The notes under the pieces were generated by a model. It was not told the DNA's origin and made no database searches. It was given only the letters and a program-made list of their open reading frames with translations. Shown here one piece after another: positions 48,730 through 62,385 of a stretch of 64,000 bases of DNA; within the stretch, counting starts at the first letter, position 1, and the number at the start of each line of letters is the position of its first letter. Source of the stretch: Octopus sinensis (lineage: Eukaryota); the NCBI RefSeq assembly GCF_006345805.1, contig NC_042997.1:98580001-98644000 (forward strand). Reading direction: 5' to 3'. The translations under genes were made by a program, and so were the position numbers.

Positions 48730-51040
48730 AACTCCAGACACTGAACACTCATCATCATCATCTTTCGACCAACCTATGGTTGGTCAGAACTCCATTGACA
48801 ATCCCTTTCCACACTACCAGGTCCTGCATTTCTGTGTTCAGGTCTCTAATATCCTTGAGTCCCGAGATATAGTATCTGGAAATGTCAGTTTCCTCGAGAA
48901 AACACTTCCAGAGGGATGTGGTGTTTGTGTGCAGCGCTCTAACAGCATCAGCAATTCTGTGGGGAATACCATAGAGTGCAAGGATTTAAAACATAAGATC
49001 TCTGCTGATGAAATCAAATGCTTTGCGAACGTCGACACAACAGATTGTGCCGTTCTTGTTAAACTTTTTCATTTCTTCCAGTATGCGACTGATGGAGAGG
49101 ATTTGAGCAGTTGTTGAATGACCCCTTTTAAATCCATTCCGATTCTTACGAAGAAGTGGATCGAGCATAGGTACAATTCTATTAAGCAGAAGTCTGTTAT
49201 AAATTTTTGCTGCAACTGGGATCAGAATAATGCCTCTATAATTCGCTACACTTGTTAGATCACCTGTTTTTGTGACAGGGACAATTTTACCCTTCAACCA
49301 ATCTGATGGAGGCAAATGATGTGCATATGTGTCGCTGCAGAAACTTAGTAAGGTTTCATGAAATATTGGAACTTTCCATCGTAATCTTGGTATGTTATCG
49401 AGTCCTGGAGATTTATTGTTAGCAACACTACTGAGAGTTACTTTGAGCTCATCCAATGTGAAAAGGTCCGTGTTGATGTATTATACATTAAATATTTGGT
49501 GTAGAGGAAGTGGAAGACAGCTGGCTAGTGGTGGTTCTCCAAGACGTTTCTAAAGGTGGTCAAACCAGTTGACCTTGTTCTTCTCAGAGGAGCTACCTTC
49601 AAGCCTGATAGAGGGCTTAAATTTTCTTCAAGTTAATGTGTTATTAATTTCTATACTGCAGCAATAAAAGTCTACAATTTTGTAAATCTCATCTAGAACG
49701 TAATGTGTTTCTACATTGGTATATGCTTCATCTAGTGTTCCTTGAGTTTTGGAAGCATCTTTAAAGATATTTTAGTAGGCCTCTGTCCATGTCTAACTTT
49801 CGATCTTTCTAGATGCTTCCTTGCTTCCCTCATACGGACATCTGCATGAATTGATATATGCTTTATTCTTTCTTTCTTTGTTAGGTTTGAAAGGGACATT
49901 TTTCCTATGGCTGTTACGAAGTTACTATATTGTGTTTCAATGTCGTTTGTGTGCTCTGGTAGTTTTGATGATCTAAGGCTGAGAACAGTGCTTATTGAAA
50001 CAACTCTATGACTTGAGCCAAAAGATGCGAAGGATGAGTTTGCCTGTGCATTCTGGACACTGTTCTTCCACTTGTTTCTCATAGTATGTAGTCAATTTGT
50101 GAATACGATCCAGACGGGTGCTGTAATGTCAAAAAACTCTGGGTGTTTCATGAACCGTGTGTTTGCGATCTGAATTTGGAACTCGTGAGCAAAATCAATC
50201 AGTTTTATCCTGTTCCTGTTAGTCTCCTTGTTATAGGTGAACAGAGCATCATCCCTCCCCATTTGACCTTTAAAATCACCTGCTATAACAAGGAAGTTGT
50301 GGGAAGGGACACTTTCCGTTACTCCCTTCAGATCGGAGTAGAAGTCGTTTGCAAGTTTCTCATCATGTGTATTAGTTGGGCAGTAACACGCAATGAATAT
50401 GGTTTGAAGGTTACTACTCAGCTCGACAACATTTATGCGATCAGATATTTTCTTAATGAAGAGCATATTCCTTGAGGCCCTTGGAGACAGGAGCACTGGG
50501 AATTTTTAATAGCAGAGGTCGTAATAAATTGGTATCTATCAAGGTCGGTATACTTCAAATTTGTCTTTGATAAAGTTCGTGAGTTAAAAACTGCTGTATA
50601 CAACATGTCTTTTGCACTTCATAAATTTGCTTGTTGTTCCTGCATCGACATCTACCTATTCACAGGTACTCCGCTCTGAAGAGTTTAGAGGTAGCTGGTC
50701 ATACGTTTCATGGGAAATAAGGTGAGAATTTGGAACGCCATGGTAATTCTTTCTGTAGATGATACAGAAGTGAACTGCCAGTTCTACATCCAGGTATGTT
50801 TACATACGAGATACCATCTCAAGGGACATTGTCGTCGAAAGCTTAAGACTTTTCCCTAGCCATGAGTTAAGTTTATCCCGCGCCAGACACCAACTTGGTA
50901 TTTCAGTTCCGCGGCTGATTTTTTCCTTCTCCTTGGCAGACTACCTTCACCTCGGTTCAAGGAGTCCTGTCTACCCCATACCAGTTATGCATGGCATGAA
51001 CGTAATGCCATTGGTGTGTACCCCCACATACCACAATCAC
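48730..51040 (-). mobile_element. RTE-clade LINE, 3'-truncated and disrupted
   Basis: Endonuclease piece IACYCPTN...FLVIAGDF...NKETNRN...IANTRF (50092-50496). RT piece NKSPGLDNIP...NYRGI...NGFKRGHSTTAQI...VDVRKAFD (48986-49456). Non-coding 5' region to about 51040. Confidence 0.88.
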
Positions 51041-52320
51041 AGATAGTAAAATGAAGATAAAACAGAGATAAGAAGATAAAACACTACCATCAGTTCTTCC
51101 TCCTCAGAAGCAACCCATGTGAAATAAACTCACTCTTCATGTTTTTCGTGCAAGTATCCATTTGTAACAGCTTAAGCAGTGTCAACGTCACTTGCCTAAA
51201 AGGAACCTTATTTTTTCGGGACACGCATATTTGAAAAAAACAAAAGGTTGTTCACTTAAGCGTAGCAAGTGTGTGTACTGCCAGGGTCAGCCCTTGAGTG
51301 TGCAGCCTTAATCCTGCAATCAGTCCTCCTTAACAATTAAACTTAGCACAGCGATTCTCTTTTTAAGTTACTTAAAATCGAAAATTGTGAGTAGGGGCCC
51401 GACATTGAAAATATTTCTTTGAATATTGCCAATGCAGGCTCATACAGCAAGCCCCAAAATACCGCCCCGATGAAAGTGACATATAGGGCGAACCACGTCC
51501 TCACACACACACACCTAGCTACGCTACTGATTGTCTATCGTTTTATCTATTTTATAGGGAATACTATTTATGTTATAGCTGCTGACGCACACAGGAATGT
51601 TACTTTTTATAGCAACTACTTCGTTGCTGTTGGAAGTTAAACTACTATAAAGAGAAGTAAACGGATCTTGATAAATTGCTATATATTAATAAAGCAAACC
51701 ACGATTTAGTCGCCAGTATTGATTTTACGAGTCTGGATTTCTTTGCAAAATTAAATACATATAAAATTGACCGTATATTTATTAATTTATAACTGTCGAT
51801 GTATTGGTACTCTAGTAATTATTGAACGGCCCTCAACATTAAACATTTAGATTAGTGAGTTGTACATCACACATTTCTATAACATTCTTTATAAGTTTTC
51901 GCCCCTTTAATACGCAGTTCGTGAGGAAGAGGTGAGCGAATCTTGATGAATTATGAAGTCAAACTAAAAGCTGCTGGTTCATTTTCGAGTCCCCTAAATT
52001 CGAAATGACCTCCAAGATGTCAAATTTCCCACGGTAACTATAAATACACCGATGAAGCTCTGCATGAGTTCATTTTATTGATAAATTTTGTTTGACTGAT
52101 GCCAAGAGTTTCGCTTTATTAAAATGAGATAAGTTTCTCGACACGGAAAAAATTTCTGTGATAAACAAGTTCCTTATATAGAGACAAGTTTAGCCCTTAC
52201 CTACATGTAGCTTACTACATGTCCACTCTCCTGCGCAAGCGCACACTCACGTACACATATATATGTGTGTGACTATGTGTGTATATGCGTGTGTGTTTAT
52301 TTATATGCATTATTTACATG

Positions 52321-52377
<57 letters not shown>

Positions 52378-52937
52378 ATAAATATGCATACGCATATATG
52401 AATATATCTGTATACAAAAGTGTATATATAAGTATGTGCATATATGTATTATATATATATTGCATGTGTACATGTATATGTATATCTTTCACTGGTGAAT
52501 AGCAGCGAAAGGTGAACAACGACGGAAAAACGGGCGAATTAGTATATTCGAATGGTAATTCCTAGTGATATTCCTTCTACTCGATTGTGAAAGATAATCA
52601 GTTGTCTCTCTCGCTCTTTTCTAAATGCATTGAACCAATTACTGAGTATTATAATTAGACCCTGTTTGAAAAACGTAATATATAAACATTAAAATAACAG
52701 CAAAATATCGTTTTCCAAGTGGGACTATTATTTAAAACGGTTTTAACTGAAACAGATGATGGATGTTAGATTATGACAGTTAAAAAAAAGCCTTCGAAAG
52801 GTGTGTTATAGAAATATGCTTTAAGTTCCATATATCATTAAACTAATGAAACTTTTACGAAATAAATTGTTGGGAAGATTGCTAGCCCCGATACACCTCT
52901 GTTAATAGTTAAATATTAGAAACTAAAATTGCTTTAC

Positions 52938-53171
52938 CATGCGACACAACACCATGGCACGCTACCTCTAGCAGCAGACATCTCCGTCAAGGTTCTCGAT
53001 GTTAGAGATAGCAGCCAAATGTTCTTGATACTACTAGAAAAAAAGACTTTAGATGGTGTAGTCTGGTATTTCATATTCAAGTGCTGAATGTCGCTTGCGA
53101 TGGCAATGCCTATCATCAAAGCTTTGGATGGCATAAGGCGAAACACAACATTATCATTCATGGAGAAATCC
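52938..53171 (-). CDS. Candidate host-gene exon; strand and frame uncertain
   Basis: GC-elevated non-repeat island. Minus strand has acceptor TTTCTTTTTGCAAG, an open frame DFSMNDNVVFRLMPSKAL...PWCCVA and donor GTAAAG. A plus-strand frame is also open for about 77 codons. Confidence 0.3.
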
Positions 53172-54499
53172 CTTGCAAAAAGAAATATTGGAAGGACACA
53201 AGTAGAAATAATGTCAAAAACAGGAAAAAGGTGGTAGAATTTTGAAATTGGCTGATGACCGATAAAAACAGCTGGGGAAGGGGATTGCGTCCTTACTCTG
53301 CACATTTGATATTCCCAAGCAATTTATTATGATTGAAAACATAGATTTTAAACTATGCTCCTGGTCATTATTCAGTTTTAGAAGGCTTAAATTTTATGTC
53401 AATCGTACTAGTTTTATTAAATTTAAACTCTTTAATCATTTTGAGTAGTAGCAGATGGTGTGTAAATTCTTAGGCAAATATGTAGACGGGCACAGAGTAT
53501 TTCCATCTTCGACTAGAAAGTAGGAGATGCGTATTGCAATGCAACAAACCTAGTTATAATTCTAATCCGCACCAACTTTTGCATAAACTGAGTAAGACTC
53601 TTTTGATAGTGAAGATTAGCAAAGTAGGCTAGGATGAATAGTACATAAAAACATATTTCAGCAAATGAAGCAAACATCAAATGAAATCAATGCAAACAAG
53701 TAAGAGAGCAATAGAAATATCTGAACACAGATGAAGCATGCGGAACACATTTTCTAATTCGATCATATCATAATTAACGAATAATTTTTCTCATCTCACA
53801 GAATATTCCCTTTAATTTAATGTCAGCGTCACAATATTTTCCTTGTTTTAAGAGCAAAATCAATATCATGGAATGCTTCTGGGTGGGGAAATGGTAGAAA
53901 CAGTTAAGGTAATGGATAAAATGTATTGCGATGTTCACTTACCACCCTTTACGCTCTATGCTTAAATCGTTCTCTATCGGACTTTGCCCATTAATCCACA
54001 GTGACAGACAATATCAACACATTGCGCTCGGTCCACCTGGTTATACTACACCCTTACAAGCGTTGCACTCTAAACTGAGGAGTGATTCTTTTTAACGTAA
54101 AATGAGTTATAGTTCAATTTCTTATACAAATAATTTAACAACCTCCTAACACATTGAACTCGGAGAGATAAAATCAAAGCAGCATAGAAAAGTGGAAGAG
54201 TATGGAATTGACAGACAACACAGAGAATGGAAGGTAGGGTATTACAGAAAGCTATGGTGGAGAGTATGAAAGAACTAGAATTAGAAATAAAAATAACTTT
54301 CAGATAGAAAGAAGAGTGTAAATCAGAAAAGGTGAACTAATCTATACTAAATTTGGCAGACTGGATTATAACGAATAATGAAGTGTTTTTTTCCTATCTT
54401 TTTTCAAGAATCAATCAAATTATGGATATTATATATAAATAGCTTTTCATTATATTTGCAATTTCCAGTTTATTTGTTAGATTAGTTTCAAATGGTAAA

Positions 54500-54507
54500 A
54501 TAAGAAC

Positions 54508-54566
<59 letters not shown>

Positions 54567-54755
54567 TGCGTACATACACACACACACATATATGTATATG
54601 TATATATATGTTTATATACATACATAAATATATTCTGTATACATATATATATACATATGTATATATATATGTATGTTTATATATATATAGTTAGATAGAT
54701 AGATACATACATACATACACACATACATACATACATACATACATACATACATACA

Positions 54756-54786
<31 letters not shown>

Positions 54787-54790
54787 CTGC
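54500..54790. repeat. (TA)n/(TACA)n microsatellite block
   Basis: Seen directly. Confidence 0.95.
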
Positions 54791-56779
54791 ATATAAACCT
54801 GCTAAACTTTGTATCTATGTTGAAAATATATGTAATGTTATATATTTATGCACTACGGCTAAAGATAATAAAAATAGCAATTTCATTATCCAGTTTGCTT
54901 CAAGGAATAATAAAGTTATCAGAAGCAATCAGAAGATAATTGTAAAATACTGTTTTTCTCTTTAATGTTAAAATTAGTTTAAAATTCAAGAAGCTTTACC
55001 ATAAAGCTGTTGAACTATTGGATAACAAATTTCGCAAAAAATGTATCTTTGGAGTAAGGGATAGTGTCTTCTGGAAATAAAGTATGAACATTTAATATTT
55101 TGGATCCTCAGTTATGTATGAAAGGAGTCACCGTAATATTAGCTAAATCATTGCTATGATGCTACGTCAAAGCAATTTTAACTGTGGGACAATTTTAAAA
55201 CGGGTGATAAAGTAGCGTTTGTAAAGCTCCTTTTTTTTAATAAATCTAATATATATTCAATTTTGCGAAATATCCCTGAAAATCGAGTGCAACATCGGAA
55301 AAGATTTCTACCGGCGAAGCTTGATATTGACTGTCTATTAGGAAAAAAAAGACAAGAATTTTGTTTTGTTTTTACAGTTGCCTTGTACGAGTGCTTGCAA
55401 CGATTCAAATTCTGCTAAAACTGACTTGAATCCAAGAAGTACTTTTATCTTATCTATCTTACTCAGCTCTGAACATTACTAGTATCTGTTGTATATCCCT
55501 ATCTATTTCTTGTAGATTAATTTTGTATGGAGAGAAATTGGGCATTTTTGTCAATTAAAAGCTAGTTCTGAATTAAAAAGTAGAGAAGAAAAAGTTGTAG
55601 TTTGAAGAGACAGTCACTCGGATTTGCCTTGTACTTTGAGAACGTCTGTTAAGAATCGTAACCTCCAAATATTCACTTCAAGAAGACTACAACAAGTTAT
55701 TTTATAATTGTAAACCATCTATAAAAAGAACCCCTTCGCAAAATTAAAAAAAAATTTAATGTAAAAGTATTTGTTGTCGAACACAAATATAAGAAACAAA
55801 ATTGTGCAATATTGTTTAGAAAATATTTTATTTAGTATGTGAAAATGTTTTTTTTTTAATTAATAAAACATATAAGCAAGTATATGTATTTTGTAAATTA
55901 TAGTTTATGTTACATGGAACGTTAATTTCGAAACAACACAGTATTGATTGGGTATTTCCAAAATTATTGTATTTTATCGCGTTTCAATTACTTGTTCTAA
56001 TTATCCAAAGGTAGTGCCTTGTTCGGGAACATGTACCACTGCCTATGAACCCAGTGTGGTTATATATATTGTTATTATCTAACAATTTAAATGTTAGTAT
56101 TTCAGCATTTTACCATGTGATTCAGTAGTCTTTGCTTGTTAGCTTTTTACTCAGATAAGAACGTGCTTTTAGTAAAATACTAAATGTGAACACACCTGTT
56201 TAAGAAGAAAATTTCAGCATCTCACTTGCTGGGAAAGTATTTTTCTCTCTCGTTAATTCTCAATAGGTTCACTTCCATTTCGTTTTGTTTTGAAATGCTC
56301 TAAAATGCTGAATATATACTGTAAGAAGTATAAAGTACATAACTGATTTAGGTATTTTATTATGTTCTTGTACATCATATACTCTTATTAATAAATCTAT
56401 CAAAAAAATGTAGGTGAGTTTCGTTTATTAATCAAACGTAGATTTTATACAAATTCAAAGAGTCTATTAAAAGATAACGCACTGTTCTGTTCGCTTATGG
56501 ATTACCTATACGGATCGTTAATAAATCCTTCTAAAGGTTTTTCACTCGTAAAATCAATAGTAAATAAGATCAGAGAAATATTGAAACGTTAGCATTTTTT
56601 GCATCTAATTTCTGTTAGCACGGTTTATATATTATTGACTTAATTGCTTGTATTTCAGACTGCGTGTTCCATTTCTTGAGATACATTGGTTTTTGTGTCT
56701 CGTAAGTTGTACATTTATTACGTTAAAAACACATAAAACAAATCGATGTGTCTTTCGTTGACAATGAAAGGTTGTGACA

Positions 56780-57590
56780 AGTTACGTCGTGTTAGGACAT
56801 GTTAGTCTACTGTAAAGCACATTGTCAACAAATAGAATAGGATCTCATAAATTAACCTGGTAGCATGTTTTTCAGAAACTTGTGAAAAAAGGATGATTAA
56901 GTAGGATCGGTCGTGGGAAAAACATGACTCAATTCATTCAGCCAGTAACTAAAAAACAACATGATGCTCTACTTGACATTCGGGCCAGAAGCTCAAATAC
57001 GAACGTGAGTGTTTGGTTGTTAATCTGAAGATATGTTAAAAATCAAACATCTAGTCAATATCATGGTGTTTGCAGTTATCACTTGTGGTGGCGACGTTAT
57101 ACCTCCATTCATCTTCCTACAAGGTCTCAGACTCAATACCGAGGCGTACATACAGTGCCTGGGGGAGGTAGTACTCCTCTGGGTTAAAAGGGTGGTTGCT
57201 GGAAGGGCTGCATCTGGCAACAGGACTCTGTACCATGCCACATCACCCCTAACATCTGGCCACCTAGCTCCCCAAACTGCAAATCCCTTCATTATTATGT
57301 GTGGGGCGCAGTTGAGCGAGAGACCAACAAAACTTGTAACACAGAAGATGAACTGAAGGCAAGGATTATGACAGCATTCACCAACTTCAACAAGAAGACT
57401 GTCCAGAAGAGTTGCAGGAGATTCCGAAGTCGTCTGGAGGCCGTGGTTGAAGCCAATGGTGATTTTATTGAATAAATTTACTCTTAGTATTCCAAGATAT
57501 TTTTATGTAATTTTGTTAAATATATCTGTTAAAACGAGATTATTTTAATTTTTGTGTAATTTATACAACAATTTATTACTGCACCCGTTA
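56780..57590 (+). mobile_element. Tc1/mariner (maT/DD37D-like) transposon remnant
   Basis: KHLVNIMVFAVITCGGDVIPPFIF..GLRLNTEAYI.CL.EVVL.WVKRV, WQQDS, IWPPSSP, RSRLEAVVEANGDFIE-stop. Right TIR-like TTACTGCACCCG near 57577-57588. Confidence 0.82.
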
Positions 57591-57652
57591 TGTTAATATT
57601 CCGCTTATATGTTCAATTATAATAAAAACAATTTCACATGAATATATATTAA

Positions 57653-57688
<36 letters not shown>

Positions 57689-58782
57689 TACATGTAACAA
57701 TTAAAAGTAAAGTGCAGGAATATTATTCTCCATTTGTATTTTAATGTCTTGAATACACATTCTGCACACTGTTTATAAACCAGCGAAGAACACCGAGTGA
57801 AATACTGTGTGATTGTTTATATCAGATAAATATCCTGTTATTCCATATCATTCGACATTGTAAGCCAGAATGTCTTTATGCTAGAGTGCTCGGACTCTAG
57901 ATCTGCATAGATCTATTATTCCTATCCATTCATTATATATATATATCAAGGACAAAATCAATAGCAATCAACTAAGGATAATTAATTCAGTGTATATACA
58001 TACATAAATACATACACACATATATATATTATTCACATACATACACACACAAATCTATAAGGTGTGTGTGTGTGTGTATGTGTGTATGCGTGTATGTGTG
58101 TATGCGTGTATGTGTGTGCTGTTACATTGATATAGGTCTTCAGTGATCAATTATATAATGAGGCATCGAAATTGATTTGTAAAGCTTCAGAAATATCTTT
58201 GATCTATTGTCATGGTAACCTTGTAACCATAGACAACATTAGTTGTTTCTGTCTTCATACAATTCCTCATCAATATAATGCGTATAGGTCACCTTCGCTA
58301 TTACAGATAAATCGTTATAAATTATACACATTTATAGAAATATCTTGCGACACGTGTTGATGTTAGTATACAAAGAGCTATTTGTCAATATTTGTGCATT
58401 CATGTAGCTCAAGTTGTAAGCATATATATTCCATATCCAATGGTTGAAACAATTACGATGGAAATGTAGCAAAGTAATGTGTGTTGAAGTCTATGGTCAT
58501 AAACCTACATTTATTTCAATATTAAAATTATTGATTTTTTTTCTTATTGGCAGAAGACCAAAAATATTTTAGGGAGGGGTATAATCAATTCGATCGATCT
58601 TTGAACATGTCTGTTACTAATTTTATCAAACTAGGGGAGACAATATAAAGTCTTCACTGTCAGAATTACAACTTAGAAATAAGGAGACGTTAATAATTGC
58701 TCCGTGAAGATTAAAATATTTCGTCAACCACCGGTACAAATTTATGATATTGCATTACATTTTACAAATGTAGTAATAGTAA

Positions 58783-58833
<51 letters not shown>

Positions 58834-58849
58834 CATACACCAAAGCATT

Positions 58850-59020
58850 TGTCTTTGCTATGACTTAAAACAGCATCAGATGGTGGGGACATGGGTCAGG
58901 CGTTCCAGAGTATTGAGGAGTGTTGAACCACCTTTTAGCCAATATTGTTCTTAGGTCTACTCTAACCCGGCGTTGTAGCACATCTTAAGGTCCCTGCAAT
59001 GAGTTAATTATCATGTCACG
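58850..59020 (+). mobile_element. Degenerate SINE-like repeat fragment
   Basis: TATGACTTAAAACAGCATCAGATGGTGGGG...AGGTCTACTCTAACCCGGCGTTGTAGCAC resembles a common cephalopod repeat. From memory only. Confidence 0.4.
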
Positions 59021-59564
59021 GAATTGCCTCTGCAGGGAGGTCATTCACAGACACCCCAACAGAGATAAGGCCGTTTAACGCTTTAACTACTTATTTATGA
59101 TAATGATATTCCATGCAGTCCTGCATCCTATCTCCTGGGGATTGTGACACTTGTTGCACACGACCAATAGAAGTTTCAAAGTTGAGAGAGCGTAACTAGC
59201 TGTGCACAAACGCTCACTATAATAATAAGTACCTGCTATCTTATGAGGTGTTTTATCGGACATTTAAAAAAACTAAAGGAGCCGACCCCAACGTTAAATC
59301 CAGAAGGAGGGACCCCAAGGTAGATACACGTACGGTTATACTTAACCAATATATATATATACCCTGCGTCTCCAATGATGCTGTGAATGTGCTGACTTGA
59401 ATTTCCTTTGTAGTTTAGTGGAGACGTAATAATAGGGTATGCGCACTTACATCTGGGTGGAGACCATGCGCAGCAGAGGTGGTGAAGTTACTGCATCTGC
59501 AATAGCATCAATCACGACGGAAAAAGCTGCCAAAATATTGCTAAGTATTGTGAGTAGTTTCTAC

Positions 59565-59637
59565 TCCTACTACTACCATAATATTACTACTACTACTACT
59601 ACTACTGCTGCTGCACCTGCTGCCAGCGCTGCTGCTT

Positions 59638-59670
<33 letters not shown>

Positions 59671-59712
59671 ACTACTACTACTACTACTACTACTGCTACT
59701 ACTACTGCTACT
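59565..59712. repeat. (TAC)n/(TGC)n trinucleotide repeat
   Basis: Seen directly. Further runs: (TAG)n 58785-58832, (TTC)n 60985-61120, (TAC)n 61190-61258. Confidence 0.95.
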
Positions 59713-60116
59713 TCACACATTCTTCTTTGCATAACGTTCTCTTATTTCAGGTCCCCGAAATGCAGCGTTGTCTCGCTGTGTTTTATTAAAATTAATCCAG
59801 AAAAATATAAATTCCACCAGTAGAATTCTTACTCATATCAATATTATTACTCAAGAAAATATCAGAGGGTAAATGAGTCCTGAATTGTTTTAAAACCTAT
59901 TGCGATACTTACAACAGCCACAAAGTTCGATAAAGAAGAAATACTTATGAAGGAAAAAAGTGTTTGAGGGCATGAAACTACTACGGAAAATCTGGAAACT
60001 TTTGCTGACACATGTAATTTATATAATTCACACATACACGCTATGTCTGCAAGACAGCTCGTAGAATAACTCGGGTAACTTGATTTGCTGTGAGGACTAT
60101 GTTTTTTTCCAGTTGT

Positions 60117-60370
60117 GGAGGCTTGTGGCTTAGTGGTTAAGGGTGCTGAATTCATGATCCTAAGATTCTGGTTTCACTTCCTGGACCAGGCGATACGTCG
60201 TGTTGTTGAGCAAAATACTTCATTTCACGTTGCTCCAGTCCACTCAGTTGACAAAAATGAATACCCCTGCGACAGACAAGCGTCCCGTCCAGATGGGGGG
60301 GGGGCGTATGCATACACCAGAGAATCTGGGAAACTGGCCCTACGTGTCTGTATGACTTAGAAAGGACCTG
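60117..60370 (+). mobile_element. tRNA-derived SINE, family D
   Basis: Head GGAGGCTTGTGGCTTAGTGGTTAAGGG. Central TTGAGCAAAATACTTCATTTCACGTTGCTCCAGTCCACTCAG and CCCTGCGACAGACAAGCGTCCCGTCCAG. Confidence 0.85.
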
Positions 60371-61025
60371 CTCATCTTCCGAGAAAGAGGATAAAGAGAC
60401 ATTGTTGTCTAAGTCGTAAAATTGCGAATGAAAAAAGAATAAGATGTTGAAGAATTGGTTTGTAGAGAAGTGAAGACGGAAAATACCAATGAGAGATATG
60501 TGGAAATCCGTGTGAGTAGTAAGGAGTTGCATGAAGTGCATTAGTTATTAGCATTGCATTATCACTACATAGCAGAAATCTTCCTCAGGACTTTAATCTG
60601 AATACATTTTTTACCGACAAAATAATCACCTGTTTCCTCAAATTTCGGATATCAAAAAGTTTTTCTGAAATATATCTTCCTACTTTTAAAGGGAAGTCTT
60701 TGCAATCAAACTGCATTCCTGAATTTCGTTTTTTCTATTCCACTTCATTTTCTCTTCATATCTATTTACGAATATTTTCAAGCGTGTTGTTTCTTATCTC
60801 GATTCATTTTCCGATTTTTTTTATATAATTATATATTCTTTTTCCTTCGTTCTTCATTTAAAAAGATACTTCTATTAGGTTTATTTGCTTGTTTTTTTTT
60901 CTTTCTTTTACTTAAATACATTAATGGATTCATTCTCTTTCTTTACATTCAATATTTTATGTTAGATTCAGCCCTGTTCTAATTTCTTCTTCTTCTTCTT
61001 CTTCTTCTTCTTTTCTTCTTCTTCT

Positions 61026-61060
<35 letters not shown>

Positions 61061-61192
61061 TTCTTACTCTTCTTTTTTCTTCTCTTTCTTCCTCTACTTC
61101 CTCCTTTCTTTCTTCTTTTCTTCCCCATCACCATCACATCACCATCCACATTGACTCCACCATCATCAACACTATCCCTGGTGCTGCTGCTG

Positions 61193-61250
<58 letters not shown>

Positions 61251-61391
61251 TACTACTTGTGTGTACCTTGCATCATTGGCCTGTATTCGAAATGTACGCA
61301 AATGATGCTGTGGTGCTTGAAAGAAGTCAATGCACTCAACAATTATGCAGCACCAACTCCAGCAGGCGGGCTACTTTGTGAGAAGGGATGC

Positions 61392-61458
<67 letters not shown>

Positions 61459-61479
61459 TTGTGTATATATATATACACA

Positions 61480-61700
61480 CATAAGAAAGAAGACAGCAAA
61501 GGGCCACTGATGAGGTCACAAAAGTGTGACGAAAGAACTCTGGCCGAAATAAGATTAAGATTAATGTAAAAAATTAATCAAGCTGAAACAAATTAACAAC
61601 AAATATATAGTGCGTGTGTTTTTATTGGTTAAACTGGCAAAATGACCTTTCCACATCTATTTCAACACACGATTTCACATCAAGAATCTTGCAAAACGTG

Positions 61701-61710
<10 letters not shown>
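61480..61710 (+). mobile_element. Family 1 pLTR copy with the most canonical hammerhead (61502-61545)
   Basis: GGCCA-CTGATGA-G-GTCAC-AAAAGT-GTGAC-GAAAG-AA-CTC-TGGCC, with a perfect 5-bp stem I and 5-bp stem II. Confidence 0.88.
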
Positions 61711-61735
<25 letters not shown>

Positions 61736-61739
61736 ACAT

Positions 61740-62040
61740 GGTAAAAATTAAATCAAATGCAAGCAGAGGAGAAAGGAAAATCGTCAACGATCCCAAGTAA
61801 GTTCACAATAAAAAAACTGATAAAGATAGTGCTTTCATCATCATGGATTCGGAATACTACACTAGCTCTTCTTCTTGACAATATATATGAAAACATTAAC
61901 AATTATCAACAATCCAAAATAATGAAGAAGTACACTATCCAAATGGATTTAACAGAGAAATGCTTAACACGAATTGACTACAAAACTAACAATCTTCACC
62001 GACATTCAAAATTCCGGGGTGCCAAGTAATTGTGGTAGCC
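61740..62040 (+). mobile_element. Penelope-like ORF N-terminal (pre-RT) fragment, degenerate
   Basis: Frameshifted DKDSAFIIMDSEYY...YENINNYQQSKIMK...DYKTNNL resembles the PLE ADKG.AVVIMD..YY...T.NFYGLPK region. Confidence 0.55.
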
Positions 62041-62294
62041 TTTATTAGTTATTAATATACCACATCCCAGAGATATCAAAATGACACCAGGTGTGGTAGA
62101 TTCCTCCTGTGAGACATATACAGTTAGTAATATCATTGACGTACTTCTGAAAACTATTCTTTCTCGATATAAGTATATATCCTTCACATTTAAGTGTATA
62201 TGAAACATCACTTGAGCAACATTTGAATCGGTTTTCATAATAATGACTATCGGCTTCTTGAACAAGTGTATACTATTTTGTCTTCCTTCATACA

Positions 62295-62379
<85 letters not shown>

Positions 62380-62385
<6 letters not shown>

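Noticed and set aside
52940-53030. Cadherin-like HGTLPLAADISVKVLDVRDSSQMF on the plus strand
   Set aside because: The DxNDN motif is not matched, the frame stops soon after, and no other cadherin repeat is nearby.
59862-60155. 97-aa minus-strand ORF as an upstream exon of the candidate gene
   Set aside because: Begins inside a SINE. Its phase-0 donor joins 59451-59526 only through an acceptor with no pyrimidine tract.
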